From contig JAEUHM010000030.1 in NCBI GenBank assembly GCA_016795485.1, forward strand, positions 60,369 through 124,368: a stretch of 64,000 nucleotides of DNA, written 5' to 3'. Origin of the DNA: Verrucomicrobiaceae bacterium (GTDB lineage Bacteria; Verrucomicrobiota; Verrucomicrobiia; Verrucomicrobiales; Verrucomicrobiaceae). The notes under the pieces are model-generated. The model saw only the letters and a list, made by a program, of their open reading frames with translations. It ran no database searches and had not been told where the DNA came from. Below, piece after piece: positions 49,149-59,786 of the stretch (the first letter of the stretch is position 1; the number at the start of each line of letters is the position of its first letter). The translations under genes were made by a program, and so were the position numbers.

Positions 49149-49919
49149 TTAATAACGCAAGGTGATGCCAACAAACGGCTGAAAATCGGGGGCGGATCGT
49201 GTTATTCCAAAATTGCAGCCTAGGTCGAGTTGAACATTATCTTTCAACGCATAGGTCAGCCCTCCGTCTACTGTGCCTTGCCAAGGATCGCCGTTGTCGA
49301 ATACCGTGGCAGTGAACTCGGCATAGCAAGCCAGCTTGGAGGTGATATCCGCGCCTAGCGTGATCGTGTTGAACCACGCGTTCTTGTGGCCACCGTTTTC
49401 GTCGTTCAACCAATCCCACTCGGTCATGAGGCCAAGATAGAAGCCGTTTGGCAAGTTCCAACCGAATGGAACGATGAGTCCAGCTTCAGCTTGGTCTCGG
49501 CCGAGATCACTTGCGTTGAGTGGAACAGTCACAAACGGCATCACAGCGAGCGCCGTGCTGCCGGAATCGTTGCCCCACAGGTTCTGTTTGAGTCTCACGG
49601 TGAGATCTCCCATGCCCTGAGTTACGATTTTCGTTCTGCCGATGCGTTGAGTTTCTTGTGACCAGTTGTCGAACACGAACTGAAGGTCCGTGTGCTCACC
49701 CAGGCCATATTTGAGGTTAAACGGCGCTAGGTTGATGGTCTCAGTCACAACGTTACCGTCCGTATCGCGGGTGAGCGTCCCGAAGTCCATCTCAAGCTGA
49801 AACATGCCTTTTGGGACTGAGTAAGGACTCTCCGTTTGGTCGGGGCGATCCGTGCTGAGTTCTCGCACCTCAGCGAGGGCGATTCCGCTATGACAGAGTG
49901 CAACCAGAAATGTTCTCAC
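49149..49919 (-). CDS. Outer-membrane beta-barrel protein (MetA-pathway / transporter-like family) inside the metal-uptake operon.
   Basis: Signal peptide, alternating beta-strand pattern, C-terminal aromatic residue (ITLRY). 4-nt overlap with the upstream SBP gene. Confidence 0.5.
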   Translation of the reverse strand: MRTFLVALCHSGIALAEVRELSTDRPDQTESPYSVPKGMFQLEMDFGTLTRDTDGNVVTETINLAPFNLKYGLGEHTDLQFVFDNWSQETQRIGRTKIVTQGMGDLTVRLKQNLWGNDSGSTALAVMPFVTVPLNASDLGRDQAEAGLIVPFGWNLPNGFYLGLMTEWDWLNDENGGHKNAWFNTITLGADITSKLACYAEFTATVFDNGDPWQGTVDGGLTYALKDNVQLDLGCNFGITRSAPDFQPFVGITLRY

Positions 49920-50815
49920 GGCGAAAATCCTTTCACAATCGTTTCAGCGTTGTGTTCAAGTAGCTTCAAGAAGGTGGGTGCAGGGCCATCTACATCGGTG
50001 AGTGAGTCAACATACAGCACGCCACCGTATTTGGCACCCGTCTCGGAGGCGACTTGGCGAGCAGGTTTGTCGCTCACGGTGCTCTCACTAAACACAACAG
50101 GTACTTTGCTTGCGATGACACCGTCGATCACCGTTTTCACTTGCTGAGGCGTGCCCTGTGCGTCGGCGTTCGTCGGCCACAGATACATCGGCCTGAGGTC
50201 ATAGCTGGCGCATAGGTAAGCAAAGGCACCTTCACTGGTGACTAGCACGCGCCGATCTGATGGAATCGCACTGAGTTTGTCCCGCAGAGGTTGGTCGATA
50301 GCCTTTAGCTTTTCGGTGTAGGCTGAAGCGTTCGCGTTGTAAGTAGCTTCATTCGCTGGGTCGAGCTGCACCAATGCTTTGCGGATGTTTTTCACATAAA
50401 CCATGGCGTTCTTGGGGGACATCCAAGCGTGTGGGTTTGGCTTTCCGCTGTAAGGCCCCTCAGTGATGCTCATGGGTGTGATCCCATCGGTCAGCAAGAC
50501 GCCGGGTACTCCTTTGAGGTTCTCGAAGAACTTCTGAAACCACACTTCAAGGTTCAATCCATTCCACAGGATCAGGTCAGCCCCTTGCGCACGGACGAGG
50601 TCTTGCGGCGTGGGTTCGTAGCCGTGAATCTCAGCGCCCGGCTTGATGATGCTCTCCACATCCGCCGCCTCGCCAGCTACGTTTTTGGCAATGTCAGCGA
50701 GAATGGTGAAAGTGGTGAGAACTTTCTTCTTCCCAGAGCTTCTTGGGGCAGCACTGGGGCCGCAGCCTACCAGGGTGGCGGCAAACAAGAGGCAAATGGC
50801 AAATGTTTGTTTCAT
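49916..50815 (-). CDS. Metal ABC transporter substrate-binding lipoprotein (TroA/ZnuA/MntC family).
   Basis: Lipoprotein-like signal (LVGC). TroA-family conserved His/Asp pattern. Confidence 0.8.
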   Translation of the reverse strand: MKQTFAICLLFAATLVGCGPSAAPRSSGKKKVLTTFTILADIAKNVAGEAADVESIIKPGAEIHGYEPTPQDLVRAQGADLILWNGLNLEVWFQKFFENLKGVPGVLLTDGITPMSITEGPYSGKPNPHAWMSPKNAMVYVKNIRKALVQLDPANEATYNANASAYTEKLKAIDQPLRDKLSAIPSDRRVLVTSEGAFAYLCASYDLRPMYLWPTNADAQGTPQQVKTVIDGVIASKVPVVFSESTVSDKPARQVASETGAKYGGVLYVDSLTDVDGPAPTFLKLLEHNAETIVKGFSP

Positions 50816-50858
50816 AGAAGAGTTTTAGTTGAGCCTAACTTGCAAATGTCATGTTTAG

Positions 50859-51299
50859 ATGCAACTAACTTTTTCGCCCGTGCCAAAACTCACCACCAGT
50901 TCTACTGCTGCCCAAGATTACCTGGAGCAAATCCATCGCCTGATCGGCTCCAAAGGTTATGCGCGCGTGGCCGACATTGCCGCAGCGCTTGAGATAGCGC
51001 CTGCTAGCGTCACGGCAATGATTCAGCGCCTCGATGCCGAGGGACTGGTCGTCTACGAGAAGTATCGGGGAGTGGTTTTGACCAAAGACGGGCGGGAAAT
51101 CGCGGAAGAAGTGGTGAAGCGGCACGAAGTGCTGGCTAGCTTGCTGAGAAGTTTTGGACTAGACGAAGCTACGATCTACCAGGACGTGGAAGGCATGGAG
51201 CATCACATCAGCAAGGCTACATTGCGTGTCTTGACGACGATTGTGGAAGAGCTTGAAGCCAACCCAAAGCTGCTCGCGAGGCTCAGAGAGAGGCTTTAG
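50859..51299 (+). CDS. mntR: DtxR/MntR-family metal-dependent transcriptional repressor.
   Basis: Winged HTH (ARVADIAAALEIAPASVTAMIQRL) plus a metal-binding helix domain. Divergent from the transporter operon. Confidence 0.75.
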   Translation: MQLTFSPVPKLTTSSTAAQDYLEQIHRLIGSKGYARVADIAAALEIAPASVTAMIQRLDAEGLVVYEKYRGVVLTKDGREIAEEVVKRHEVLASLLRSFGLDEATIYQDVEGMEHHISKATLRVLTTIVEELEANPKLLARLRERL

Positions 51300-51308
51300 T
51301 ACTGTCAG

Positions 51309-52628
51309 CTACTTATGGCTTAGCTTATAGAAAAGCGTGCCGCCGAGTGCTAGGAACACAATGTTGGGCACCCACATGAGGAGGTGCGGAAACACCGATG
51401 TGTTTGAGTTTAGCGTCTCAGCCACCATGATGAACACAAAGTAAGCTGTGGCGGTCATGAGGCTCAATACGAAGCCTGCGGTCGTCTCCCGCCGCTGAGC
51501 CGTGATTCCCAAGGGTATCCCAACGAGCGCGAATGTGATGCAGGCGAGTGAGAATGAGTAGCGCTTGCTCAACTCTGTCTTCGAAACCGACATGTTCTCG
51601 CGGTCGAGAGGTTGCTTGCTGTAAGTGTCGATTCCTGTAGAAACCTCAGTCCACAGTTCGGAGGTCGACTTCATGCTGGCATTTACACGCTCTGTTTTCT
51701 CTTTGAGTTCCGAGAGCGGGAAAGTGATTTGAGTCTCGCCAAGATGAACTGGATCAACACCAGAGCCGTCTTCTTTGACGAGTTCAATGTTCGCGTCTTT
51801 AAGTTTCAGAACGAAGTCCAGGGTTCCTGGCTGGTGGTGCAACGTAGCGGATTTGGCTCGGATGAACTGCTTCACGCGGGTGCCGTCAACTTCGATGATT
51901 TGCAGATTCCGCAGTTCATCGTCCTCGGTCCGCTTCTCAGTGTAGATGCGGTAAGCGTCAAACTTATCGAGAACTCGGCCCGGCTGGAAGAGGGTGATTG
52001 GGTTGTCAGTAGCGACATCATAAAACAACCGCTTCATTCTGTTTTTGGCAGCTGGTGCCATATGCACATTGACCCAGAAGCACACCCCAGAGAGACCGAC
52101 TGCCATGACGAATACCGGAAGGCAAATGCGCCACATGGGCGTGCCTGTCATGCGGAGCGCCACCATTTCGTTATCCGCAGATAACCTGCCAAAGACGAGC
52201 AAGATGGCGGTGAGGAATGCCCAAGGAATGGTAAAAATCAGCGAGAAGGGCACGACGAGCCCTACGAACTCGAGAATGAACGTTACTGGTAGTTTGGCAT
52301 CCCCGAGCAACTGATCGAGTTTCTTGTAGACATTGCCGAGCACCATCACTCCGCTCAAAACCATCACGCCTGTGGCAGCTGCAGACCAAACTTGCCCCCA
52401 AATATAGCGGTCAAAGATGCGGAGAAATCCCAGCAAACACCAGATGAGGCAGCCAACGGTGCCTATCAGCAAGATAGTCGCCACCCAATAGGCTGCTCCA
52501 TTCTCAGAGGACATTCCGGACCACCACCAGCCGTCGAGCCCTGCGAGCAGCGCGAGTGCGGTGCATAGCCCTAGGGGTGTTGATAGTCGTTGGAAAACTG
52601 CCTGCATGAAGGTTTTGGAGCCCGTCAT
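51309..52628 (-). CDS. LptF/LptG-family permease (YjgP/YjgQ).
   Basis: RIFDRYIW N-terminal motif and six-TM pattern with a periplasmic beta-jellyroll. The true start may be downstream of the ORF-track start. Confidence 0.65.
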   Translation of the reverse strand: MTGSKTFMQAVFQRLSTPLGLCTALALLAGLDGWWWSGMSSENGAAYWVATILLIGTVGCLIWCLLGFLRIFDRYIWGQVWSAAATGVMVLSGVMVLGNVYKKLDQLLGDAKLPVTFILEFVGLVVPFSLIFTIPWAFLTAILLVFGRLSADNEMVALRMTGTPMWRICLPVFVMAVGLSGVCFWVNVHMAPAAKNRMKRLFYDVATDNPITLFQPGRVLDKFDAYRIYTEKRTEDDELRNLQIIEVDGTRVKQFIRAKSATLHHQPGTLDFVLKLKDANIELVKEDGSGVDPVHLGETQITFPLSELKEKTERVNASMKSTSELWTEVSTGIDTYSKQPLDRENMSVSKTELSKRYSFSLACITFALVGIPLGITAQRRETTAGFVLSLMTATAYFVFIMVAETLNSNTSVFPHLLMWVPNIVFLALGGTLFYKLSHK

Positions 52629-52670
52629 GCTAGCGGTGGTCGCCGTTTTGTCTACGCGGGAAAGGAGGGG

Positions 52671-53102
52671 TCAGTTCACCGCATTTTGTTCCCATGCGGG
52701 CCAGCCGCCAGTTAGGACCCAAACGTCAGGCAAACCCGCACTCTCGGAGAGGTACTCGCGCATCTTGTGACTTGCCTCGCACTTTTGGCCATCGCAATAG
52801 ATGACGATAGGTTTGCCTGCAGTTTGAAGTTTTTCGAGGTTCTCGAAGAGAGCGTTGTCGCGGTTGAACTCATTGAGCAACAGAGCTCCGGGCACATGAC
52901 CCTGGTCGTAGCGTTCTTGAGTTCGAGCGTCGATCCACAGGACATCGTTCCTCCAGCGGGTTTGGATGTCCTCCATCGTCACCTCGTTTACCCCGGCTTC
53001 CAGTTGAGCGAGGTACCAAACTGGAGCAGATGGGTGCCAGACATGAGTCGCGATTGCGGCGAGTGCTGACAGGATCAGCAAGATGGTTGCACCTTTGATC
53101 AT
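52671..53102 (-). CDS. Rhodanese-domain sulfurtransferase (secreted).
   Basis: Active-site loop YCDGQKC. Signal peptide. Confidence 0.7.
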   Translation of the reverse strand: MIKGATILLILSALAAIATHVWHPSAPVWYLAQLEAGVNEVTMEDIQTRWRNDVLWIDARTQERYDQGHVPGALLLNEFNRDNALFENLEKLQTAGKPIVIYCDGQKCEASHKMREYLSESAGLPDVWVLTGGWPAWEQNAVN

Positions 53103-53119
53103 GCCACCAGTTTTCTGTG

Positions 53120-53830
53120 CTACTTACCCTTCACCGCACCTGCAACCGGTTCGTCTTTTCGACTTTCAGGCTGCTTGACGATGCTGAAGAAGCCGAGTTG
53201 CCGGGCATATTTGGGAATCTTGCTATCTGTTTCGATCTTGAGGGCGCCGATCACGATGTCAGCGGTGGATTTTGGAGTGACGGTGATGTTGTACTCCCGA
53301 CCTTCGGTTACGGGCTTCCATTCAAAGGTCACCGTCTCCCGAGTAGAGGTGATATTGAGGATCTTCATTGGATTGGGACCGTTCACCTTGACGTTCATGA
53401 CCTTGGGTGATGCGGCTTCACCGACCCACCACTGAACATTTTTAGGTTCGATGGAGACAACTTCGGGAACGGTCAGCAGAAAGGGGATAGTCCACTCCTC
53501 TTGAGCTGGATTGTTGGTGGTCACCGTGATCACCTTTTCATGTTCGCCGACAAAGCTCCCCACTTTGAACTCTGCCTTCCCCTTTCCCGTCTCTCCCGCG
53601 AGATACTCAGGTTTGTCTAGGGAGGCGTTGAGGCAGTGACAGCCACTTTCGAGGCTGAGGATCTTCACTGGTTTGTCACCGTGATTCTTGAACGTGAACT
53701 CAACGGTGATGGACTCATCCTCGGGCTTTGGGTTCACTGGAATGCGCCCGCCGTCTACCTTCATCTCTGCTTTTGCGGGGATGATTACAAATACTGCTAA
53801 GCAGATGGCAAGACGGACGAGCGCTTTCAT
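53120..53830 (-). CDS. DUF1573-domain secreted protein (tandem Ig-like domains).
   Basis: Signal peptide. GCHC motif and beta-sandwich pattern typical of DUF1573, which is frequent in PVC and Bacteroidetes genomes. Confidence 0.55.
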   Translation of the reverse strand: MKALVRLAICLAVFVIIPAKAEMKVDGGRIPVNPKPEDESITVEFTFKNHGDKPVKILSLESGCHCLNASLDKPEYLAGETGKGKAEFKVGSFVGEHEKVITVTTNNPAQEEWTIPFLLTVPEVVSIEPKNVQWWVGEAASPKVMNVKVNGPNPMKILNITSTRETVTFEWKPVTEGREYNITVTPKSTADIVIGALKIETDSKIPKYARQLGFFSIVKQPESRKDEPVAGAVKGK

Positions 53831-53851
53831 GGTTCCCGAGCGAGATTCGAG

Positions 53852-54715
53852 TTATTTCTGACGCGGGCCGTATCCAGGCATTGGCTTGCCATTGTCGTCG
53901 AGTTTACCCACAGCCCAGAGCAGGCCATTGGTCACCATGTCCAAATAGCGGGCGTCACTCACGGTATCGTTATTGTGGCCAATCGTAGTGCTCCAGATAC
54001 GGGTCTTATTTGGTCCAAACTCGTTAGTCCAGACAATGACCGTCTCAGCAGTCTTCTGCTCACCGGTCTTTTTATCTTTGAACGATTGCTTACCTTTGGC
54101 CACAGGCTTGGCAGTGAGCACCTGAATGTTGTTATAAAGTTCCTCTTTGATGGTGGTCCAGTCAGAGAGGTTCTTGTTCAGCGGATTGGTTTTGTCGACA
54201 AACGAGATATCGATAGGCTCCTGTGGTCCGTGGCCTGTGGATTGGAGGCCTAGCATTTCATACCAGCCTGCGTTGTCAGCGCCAGCCGCCACAGGTTCTT
54301 TGAAGTTGCCCCAGCGATAGCTGTGCATGGCGCAGTGCAGATTGACCGCTGGCTTACCCGCCTTGTGGGCGTTGAGAATGTTGCCGACATAAGTTGGATC
54401 AGTGACGTCGGCTGAGCATTCGTCGTGCAGGATCACATCAAAGTTTTTTGCCCAATCTGGGTTCTTGTAGATTTCAAACGCAGCCTTGGTGCTCTTGTCT
54501 GGGTTGTGTTCGATGGTGAACTCAACATTGGCGCGAGCACTGATGCCCTCAGCGAGCAGCATCTTTTGGGTTGCGTAGTCATGGCAGCAGCCACCGCAGA
54601 CGAGTAGCACCTTCAGGGGTTTGACTGGCGCTGAGTCTTCAGCTTGCGCGACCCAGGCGGCAGCACCGGCCAGAGCCAAGGGTGCTAGGAGAGTGAGAAA
54701 TGAGCGGAACTTCAT
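53852..54715 (-). CDS. ThuA-like (trehalose-utilisation / type-1 glutamine amidotransferase-like) secreted protein.
   Basis: ThuA motifs (LLVCGGCCHDY...HDE...NLHCAMHS). Signal peptide from the Met at 54715. Confidence 0.65.
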   Translation of the reverse strand: MKFRSFLTLLAPLALAGAAAWVAQAEDSAPVKPLKVLLVCGGCCHDYATQKMLLAEGISARANVEFTIEHNPDKSTKAAFEIYKNPDWAKNFDVILHDECSADVTDPTYVGNILNAHKAGKPAVNLHCAMHSYRWGNFKEPVAAGADNAGWYEMLGLQSTGHGPQEPIDISFVDKTNPLNKNLSDWTTIKEELYNNIQVLTAKPVAKGKQSFKDKKTGEQKTAETVIVWTNEFGPNKTRIWSTTIGHNNDTVSDARYLDMVTNGLLWAVGKLDDNGKPMPGYGPRQK

Positions 54716-54806
54716 GGGATTGGAATCAACCCTCGAAGAACGGCCCGCGCGAGAGGAAACTAGCCGGGATTTGTTCTCATCGGTGAGTCCCAGACTCGCC
54801 GGTGTG

Positions 54807-55670
54807 TCACTTCCGCCACAACCAGCGCATTGTGTCTGGGAAAATGGCTGCTCCGTGCTTGCCGTTGTGAGTTCCTTCACCCATGACGAGCTTGAAGTCG
54901 TAGCCTGCGAACTGAAGAGAGGCCGCCATGTCCTGATTGGCTAACGGCCAGTTGCCAAACTGATTGTCGAGGTCGTTTTTGCCCTCTTGGAGGAAAACTC
55001 GCAGGGGCTTCTTCTCTGCTTTCCTCACCAGAGCTGGGTAGACGTGCCCGCCGCGAATGTTAGTGAACGAACCGATGTGGCTGACGACTTTTCTGAAGGA
55101 ATCCGGGCGTTCCCACGCAACGGTGAAGGCACAAATGCCGCCAGAGCTGTTTCCGCAGATGGCTCTACCTTCCGGATCATCGGTAATCTTCACGGTTTTG
55201 GCGACTTCGGGCAGGATCTCCTCCAAAAGAAACCGTGCATACAAGTCGCCAAGCGAATCATATTCAAAACTCCGGTTACTCCGAGGCTTTTGCCCTTTCG
55301 GAGCTTCCCCGAAGACGCCTGGGTTGATGAAGACGCCAACGGTGACCGGCATTTCGCCAGCAGCGATGAGATTATCGAACACCACTGGCACTCGGAACTG
55401 CCCATCCTCCTTCACAAATCCACCGCCGTCACAAAACACCATCAGATTGGCAGGCTTAGAGCCATCGTATTGAGTCGGAACGTAGATCCACCAGTCGCGG
55501 GTTGTTCCTGGATAGATCTTGCTGCTATTCCAGACATGCTGGGTGACTTTCCCCTGTGGGACGCCGGGCTTGCGCTGTGAGTCGGGACCCAGCACATACT
55601 GGTCATCCTGAGGAGCCGCGTGGCTGAGAGTGGCGAAAAGGGCAAGAGTGAGGAGGCAGAGTCGATTCAT
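54807..55670 (-). CDS. Secreted esterase (esterase-D / enterochelin-esterase-like alpha/beta hydrolase).
   Basis: GNSSGG nucleophile elbow. Signal peptide from the ATG at 55670; the ORF-track start at 55688 is GTG. Confidence 0.6.
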   Translation of the reverse strand: MNRLCLLTLALFATLSHAAPQDDQYVLGPDSQRKPGVPQGKVTQHVWNSSKIYPGTTRDWWIYVPTQYDGSKPANLMVFCDGGGFVKEDGQFRVPVVFDNLIAAGEMPVTVGVFINPGVFGEAPKGQKPRSNRSFEYDSLGDLYARFLLEEILPEVAKTVKITDDPEGRAICGNSSGGICAFTVAWERPDSFRKVVSHIGSFTNIRGGHVYPALVRKAEKKPLRVFLQEGKNDLDNQFGNWPLANQDMAASLQFAGYDFKLVMGEGTHNGKHGAAIFPDTMRWLWRK

Positions 55671-55723
55671 CGGATGCGCAAAACGCACCCAAGCCCGCTC
55701 ATCTTTTTCTCAAAATAGGTGCT

Positions 55724-56418
55724 TCAAAAACGAACACGCAATCCGAGGCCAAACGAGTTGGCTGACAGGTCAGAAGCACTGAACATCATCCTTCGATAGT
55801 GGAGTAAGACGTCCGCGTGCTGACCGAGTGCATAACTGATGCCGAGCATACCTTGAAATCCCGTCTCCCAAGCACTTTCGGATGCTGAGAAGTCTCCTAA
55901 ATCAGAAAATGCTTCGGCCTTGGCCGTAGCATACGCACCACCGGCTCCAGCACCGATTTCGATACCTAGCGACTCGGTCAACCCAAGTTGGAAACGCACG
56001 TTGACGAACAATGGGACGACCGTCAGTTCGGCGTTCACATCACCATCGAGCGACTCAAGCGCTTCGAACGAGCCCGTGTAGTCTGCTTTGTAATAGCCAG
56101 CGGCCAGTTCCATGCCAAGTCCACGGCGACCGATGGAGCCGATGGTTCCCATGAAGCCATAGCTCGTATCGGCACTCAAAAATGCTGCCGCTTCATTTGA
56201 GGATGCTTCAATGTCCCCTAGAGCGAATGAAGTTCCCTCAAATTGAAGAAAAAACCATCGCGCACCGTGAGGAAGCCTGACCGGTGACTCAGTGTCTCTG
56301 CCTGATCCACCATTGGGGCTGCTAATGAGGGATCGGGTCCATAGCCGAACTGAGCGAGGGCGGATGAACTCGTGATGGCGAGAGCCACGGTCGCCAAAAA
56401 GGTGGACATTTTTTTCAT
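55724..56418 (-). pseudogene. Outer-membrane beta-barrel (OmpW/OmpA-like) gene apparently split by a frameshift: signal-peptide ORF at 56218-56418, barrel ORF at 55724-56179.
   Basis: The upstream 66-aa ORF carries a typical signal peptide (MKKMSTFLATVALAITSSSALAQ). The downstream 151-aa ORF ends in the OMP terminus LGLRVRF. They are adjacent but in different frames. Confidence 0.35.
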
Positions 56419-56496
56419 ATTACTAAAATATTAATATAAATTAATAAAAAGTTCAATAAACCTTTCATCCCAGCCGATGCTCGCAAGAGGGGCTCC

Positions 56497-58323
56497 ATGA
56501 ATGCCAAGGCGACTGGCAGCGTTTGTGCTTATTGTTCAGCGATGACTCAAAACCTTAAACTTCTGCGGTGGATTGATGAAATGCGGACCTTGTGTGAGCC
56601 CAGCGAGCTACGTTGGTGCGATGGCTCCCAAGCGGAGTATGACGCATTGTGCCAGCAGCTTGTGGACGCCGGGACTTTTACCAAATTGAACCCAGAAAAG
56701 CGCCCTGGTAGCTTTTTGGCCCGGTCTGACCCTGGGGATGTGGCTCGTGTCGAAGACAGGACCTTTATTTGCAGTCGGCGGCAAGTAAACGCTGGTCCCA
56801 CGAATCATTGGCGGCCTCCCCAGGAGATGAAAGCAGAGTTACGCGGCCTTTTTGCTGGCTGCATGAAGGGACGGACGATGTATGTCGTGCCTTTCTGCAT
56901 GGGTCCGCTTGGGTCGCCGTTTAGTGTCATGGGCGTCGAGCTCACTGACTCGCCGTACGTGGTCGTCAGCATGAAGATCATGACCCGGATGGGAACTAAA
57001 GTGCTGGAGATGCTTGGCGAAGAAGGGAACTTCGTTCCGTGTCTGCACAGTGTGGGCCGCCCCCTTGCTGCTGGTGAGAAGGATGTTCCTTGGCCGTGCA
57101 ATGACACAAAATACATCGTCCATTTTCCCGAGGAGCGGTCCATTTGGAGCTTTGGCAGCGGTTACGGCGGTAATGCCCTGTTAGGCAAAAAGTGCTTGGC
57201 ATTGCGCATCGCTTCCGTCATGGGGCGTGACGAAGGCTGGATGGCAGAGCACATGCTGATCAGCGGAGTGCAGTCACCCGATGGCCGCAAAACCTACGTA
57301 GCAGCCGCTTTTCCGAGCGCGTGTGGCAAAACCAACTTTGCTATGCTCGTGCCACCCCCGGCGTACGAGGGTTGGAAAGTGACCACTGTCGGAGATGACA
57401 TCGCGTGGCTGCGGCCGGGAAAAGACGGCAGATTGTGGGCTACCAATCCCGAGTATGGCTACTTTGGTGTTGCACCTGGAACGTCGGAACAGAGCAATCC
57501 CAATGCGATGGCCGCCTGTGCCAAAAACAGCATCTTTACCAACGTGGCGCTCACGGATGATGGCGATGTCTGGTGGGAAGGCATGACAAAAGAGCCGCCA
57601 GCCCATTTGATTGACTGGCAAGGCAAGGATTGGACGCCTGATTGTGGACGCCCTTCATCCCACGCCAACAGTCGATTTACTTGTCCAGCCTCCCAGTGTC
57701 CGACAATCGATCCTGAATGGGAAAATCCAGATGGCGTGCCGATTGATGCAATCATCTTTGGTGGCCGTCGGGCAACGACGATGCCGCTTGTGTTCCAGGC
57801 GTTCAACTGGGTGCACGGAGTATTCCTCGGTGCGAACATGGGCAGTGAGACCACTGCTGCTGCTGCTGGCGCTGTGGGCAAGGTTCGGCGAGACCCGATG
57901 GCGATGCTGCCATTCTGTGGTTACAACATGGGGCACTACTTTGCTCACTGGCTGAGTATGCGGAAGACTGTCCGTGATCTTCCCCGGGTGTTTCATGTGA
58001 ACTGGTTCCGCAAAAGCGCCGATGGCAAGTTTTTGTGGCCTGGATTTGGCGAGAACATGCGTGTGTTGGAGTGGATCGTGAAGCGTTGCCGAGGTGAAGG
58101 TCGCGGCCACGAAACTGAGCTTGGCTGGATGCCACGCTATGGCGAGATGACATGGCGTGGGCTCGAGTCTTTCACGCGAGCGGACTTCGATGCAGTGATG
58201 AACGTGGATGTGATGGAGTTCCGCCAGGAGGCTCTCAGTGCTGAAGAGTTGGCGATTCAACTCTACGACCACTTGCCCAAAGAGCTCATTTTCCAGCGAG
58301 AGCTATTGCTCGGGCGCTGGTAA
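56497..58323 (+). CDS. pckG: Phosphoenolpyruvate carboxykinase (GTP).
   Basis: GTP-PEPCK kinase-1a motif FPSACGKTN. Full length about 600 aa. An alternative start exists at 56542. Confidence 0.9.
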   Translation: MNAKATGSVCAYCSAMTQNLKLLRWIDEMRTLCEPSELRWCDGSQAEYDALCQQLVDAGTFTKLNPEKRPGSFLARSDPGDVARVEDRTFICSRRQVNAGPTNHWRPPQEMKAELRGLFAGCMKGRTMYVVPFCMGPLGSPFSVMGVELTDSPYVVVSMKIMTRMGTKVLEMLGEEGNFVPCLHSVGRPLAAGEKDVPWPCNDTKYIVHFPEERSIWSFGSGYGGNALLGKKCLALRIASVMGRDEGWMAEHMLISGVQSPDGRKTYVAAAFPSACGKTNFAMLVPPPAYEGWKVTTVGDDIAWLRPGKDGRLWATNPEYGYFGVAPGTSEQSNPNAMAACAKNSIFTNVALTDDGDVWWEGMTKEPPAHLIDWQGKDWTPDCGRPSSHANSRFTCPASQCPTIDPEWENPDGVPIDAIIFGGRRATTMPLVFQAFNWVHGVFLGANMGSETTAAAAGAVGKVRRDPMAMLPFCGYNMGHYFAHWLSMRKTVRDLPRVFHVNWFRKSADGKFLWPGFGENMRVLEWIVKRCRGEGRGHETELGWMPRYGEMTWRGLESFTRADFDAVMNVDVMEFRQEALSAEELAIQLYDHLPKELIFQRELLLGRW

Positions 58324-58329
58324 GGAAAG

Positions 58330-59244
58330 ATGCTTGGCAAGAGGCTGAGCCAGTGCGTTGATCTCTTCATGGATCAACCGCTGGCAGGCCAGAAAACAGG
58401 ATTTGCAGGACTCGGCAACATGGGCCGAGCCAATGCGCGTCATTTGCATTTGGCAGGAGCCGAGCTGTGGGTTTGGAATCGCTCTCCGGGTCCTGTTGAA
58501 GCCGCTGTGGCGATGGGTATGAAGAGTGCAGCCTCTTTGCCAAAACTAGCCTCGGAGATTGGGCCTGGAGTGATCTTCATCAATCTCACGACGACCGAAG
58601 TGGTAGAGCAGGTGGTATTCGGTCCCGGTGGATTGCATGAAGGGCTTCACCCAGACGCAATGATCGTGGACATGGGCACCACAAGTGTGGCGAAAACACG
58701 TGAGTTCGCTCAAAAAGTGGCATGGGTGGATGCTCCTGTTTCTGGAGGGCAAGTTGGGGCCGAAGCCGGCAATCTGACGATCATGGCAGGCGGCACAGAA
58801 GAGAACTTCAAGCGCGCTCTGCCTTTCTTGAGCGCCATGGGAGCCCGAGTCACCCACATGGGTTCTTCTGGTGCGGGGCAGGTGACCAAACTAGCCAATC
58901 AACTCATCGTGGCACAGACGATCGACGCTGTGGCTCAAGCACTGCGCCTTTCCGAGTTGAGCGGAGTTGATCCCGCTCGTGTGCGTGAAGCCTTGTTGGG
59001 TGGATTCGCTGAAAGTCGTATTTTGCAACTGCATGGGGATCGCATGGTGCGGCGTGATTTTGCACCTGGAGGTCGTTCGGTGCTTCAACTCAAAGATGTG
59101 AGGCTGATTTGCGAGTTGGCAGCCGACGTAGGCCTACATTCCGACACTTTGGCTAACTGCCGTAGCCAGTGGGAGCGTTTTGTGCACGAGCTTGGCAATG
59201 GCGAACTGGATCACTCGGGACTGTTCAAGATCTATGAAACTTGA
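58330..59244 (+). CDS. NAD(P)-dependent 3-hydroxyisobutyrate dehydrogenase-family oxidoreductase (GarR/HIBADH-like).
   Basis: N-terminal GFAGLGNMG dinucleotide-binding motif. HIBADH-family catalytic region. Confidence 0.8.
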   Translation: MLGKRLSQCVDLFMDQPLAGQKTGFAGLGNMGRANARHLHLAGAELWVWNRSPGPVEAAVAMGMKSAASLPKLASEIGPGVIFINLTTTEVVEQVVFGPGGLHEGLHPDAMIVDMGTTSVAKTREFAQKVAWVDAPVSGGQVGAEAGNLTIMAGGTEENFKRALPFLSAMGARVTHMGSSGAGQVTKLANQLIVAQTIDAVAQALRLSELSGVDPARVREALLGGFAESRILQLHGDRMVRRDFAPGGRSVLQLKDVRLICELAADVGLHSDTLANCRSQWERFVHELGNGELDHSGLFKIYET

Positions 59245-59779
59245 AGCGCATCGTTTTATTCACGCACTTGTGCGTCAGGGTGGTGAGATTCTCATCATCG
59301 TGGTGCTAGCTCTGTTGGTGCGTTTTTTGTCCACATGGGGCATACTAGGAGCAAACGCTGCGTGCTGGATTGTGGTAGCGTTAGCGGCTGCCAAGGCCGT
59401 TTGGTTTGTGATGGAGAATCTCTATCAGCTTCTCCAGGCAGTGGCCTCTAACATGCCTTATCACAAATTTATGGTGCTGATGATGGTCAACACAGCACAG
59501 GTCATGATGTCCTTTGCTCTGGACTACTGGGTGCTGCAAACCGCCAATCCAGAGAGCCTTGGGGGCATTGATCCTGCGTTCACACAGGCAGAACTCATGT
59601 TTGAGTGTCTCTACTATAGTGTATTGGACTTCTCCTTTTTTGGTTACGGAGACATTACGCCGCAAACCATCCCAGCAAAGTTAGTGACGATGATGGAAGT
59701 GGTTCTAGCCTTCTTTACCATGATCTTCCTGCTTTCGGACTTTGTTAGCCTGAAGGAGTCTTTGGCAAAATCGAAGTGA
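59234..59779 (+). CDS. Small two-TM potassium-channel-family protein.
   Basis: Selectivity filter FFGYGDITP. I place the start at the ATG at 59234, overlapping the upstream stop by 11 nt. Confidence 0.65.
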   Translation: MKLEAHRFIHALVRQGGEILIIVVLALLVRFLSTWGILGANAACWIVVALAAAKAVWFVMENLYQLLQAVASNMPYHKFMVLMMVNTAQVMMSFALDYWVLQTANPESLGGIDPAFTQAELMFECLYYSVLDFSFFGYGDITPQTIPAKLVTMMEVVLAFFTMIFLLSDFVSLKESLAKSK

Positions 59780-59786
59780 TTGAGAC

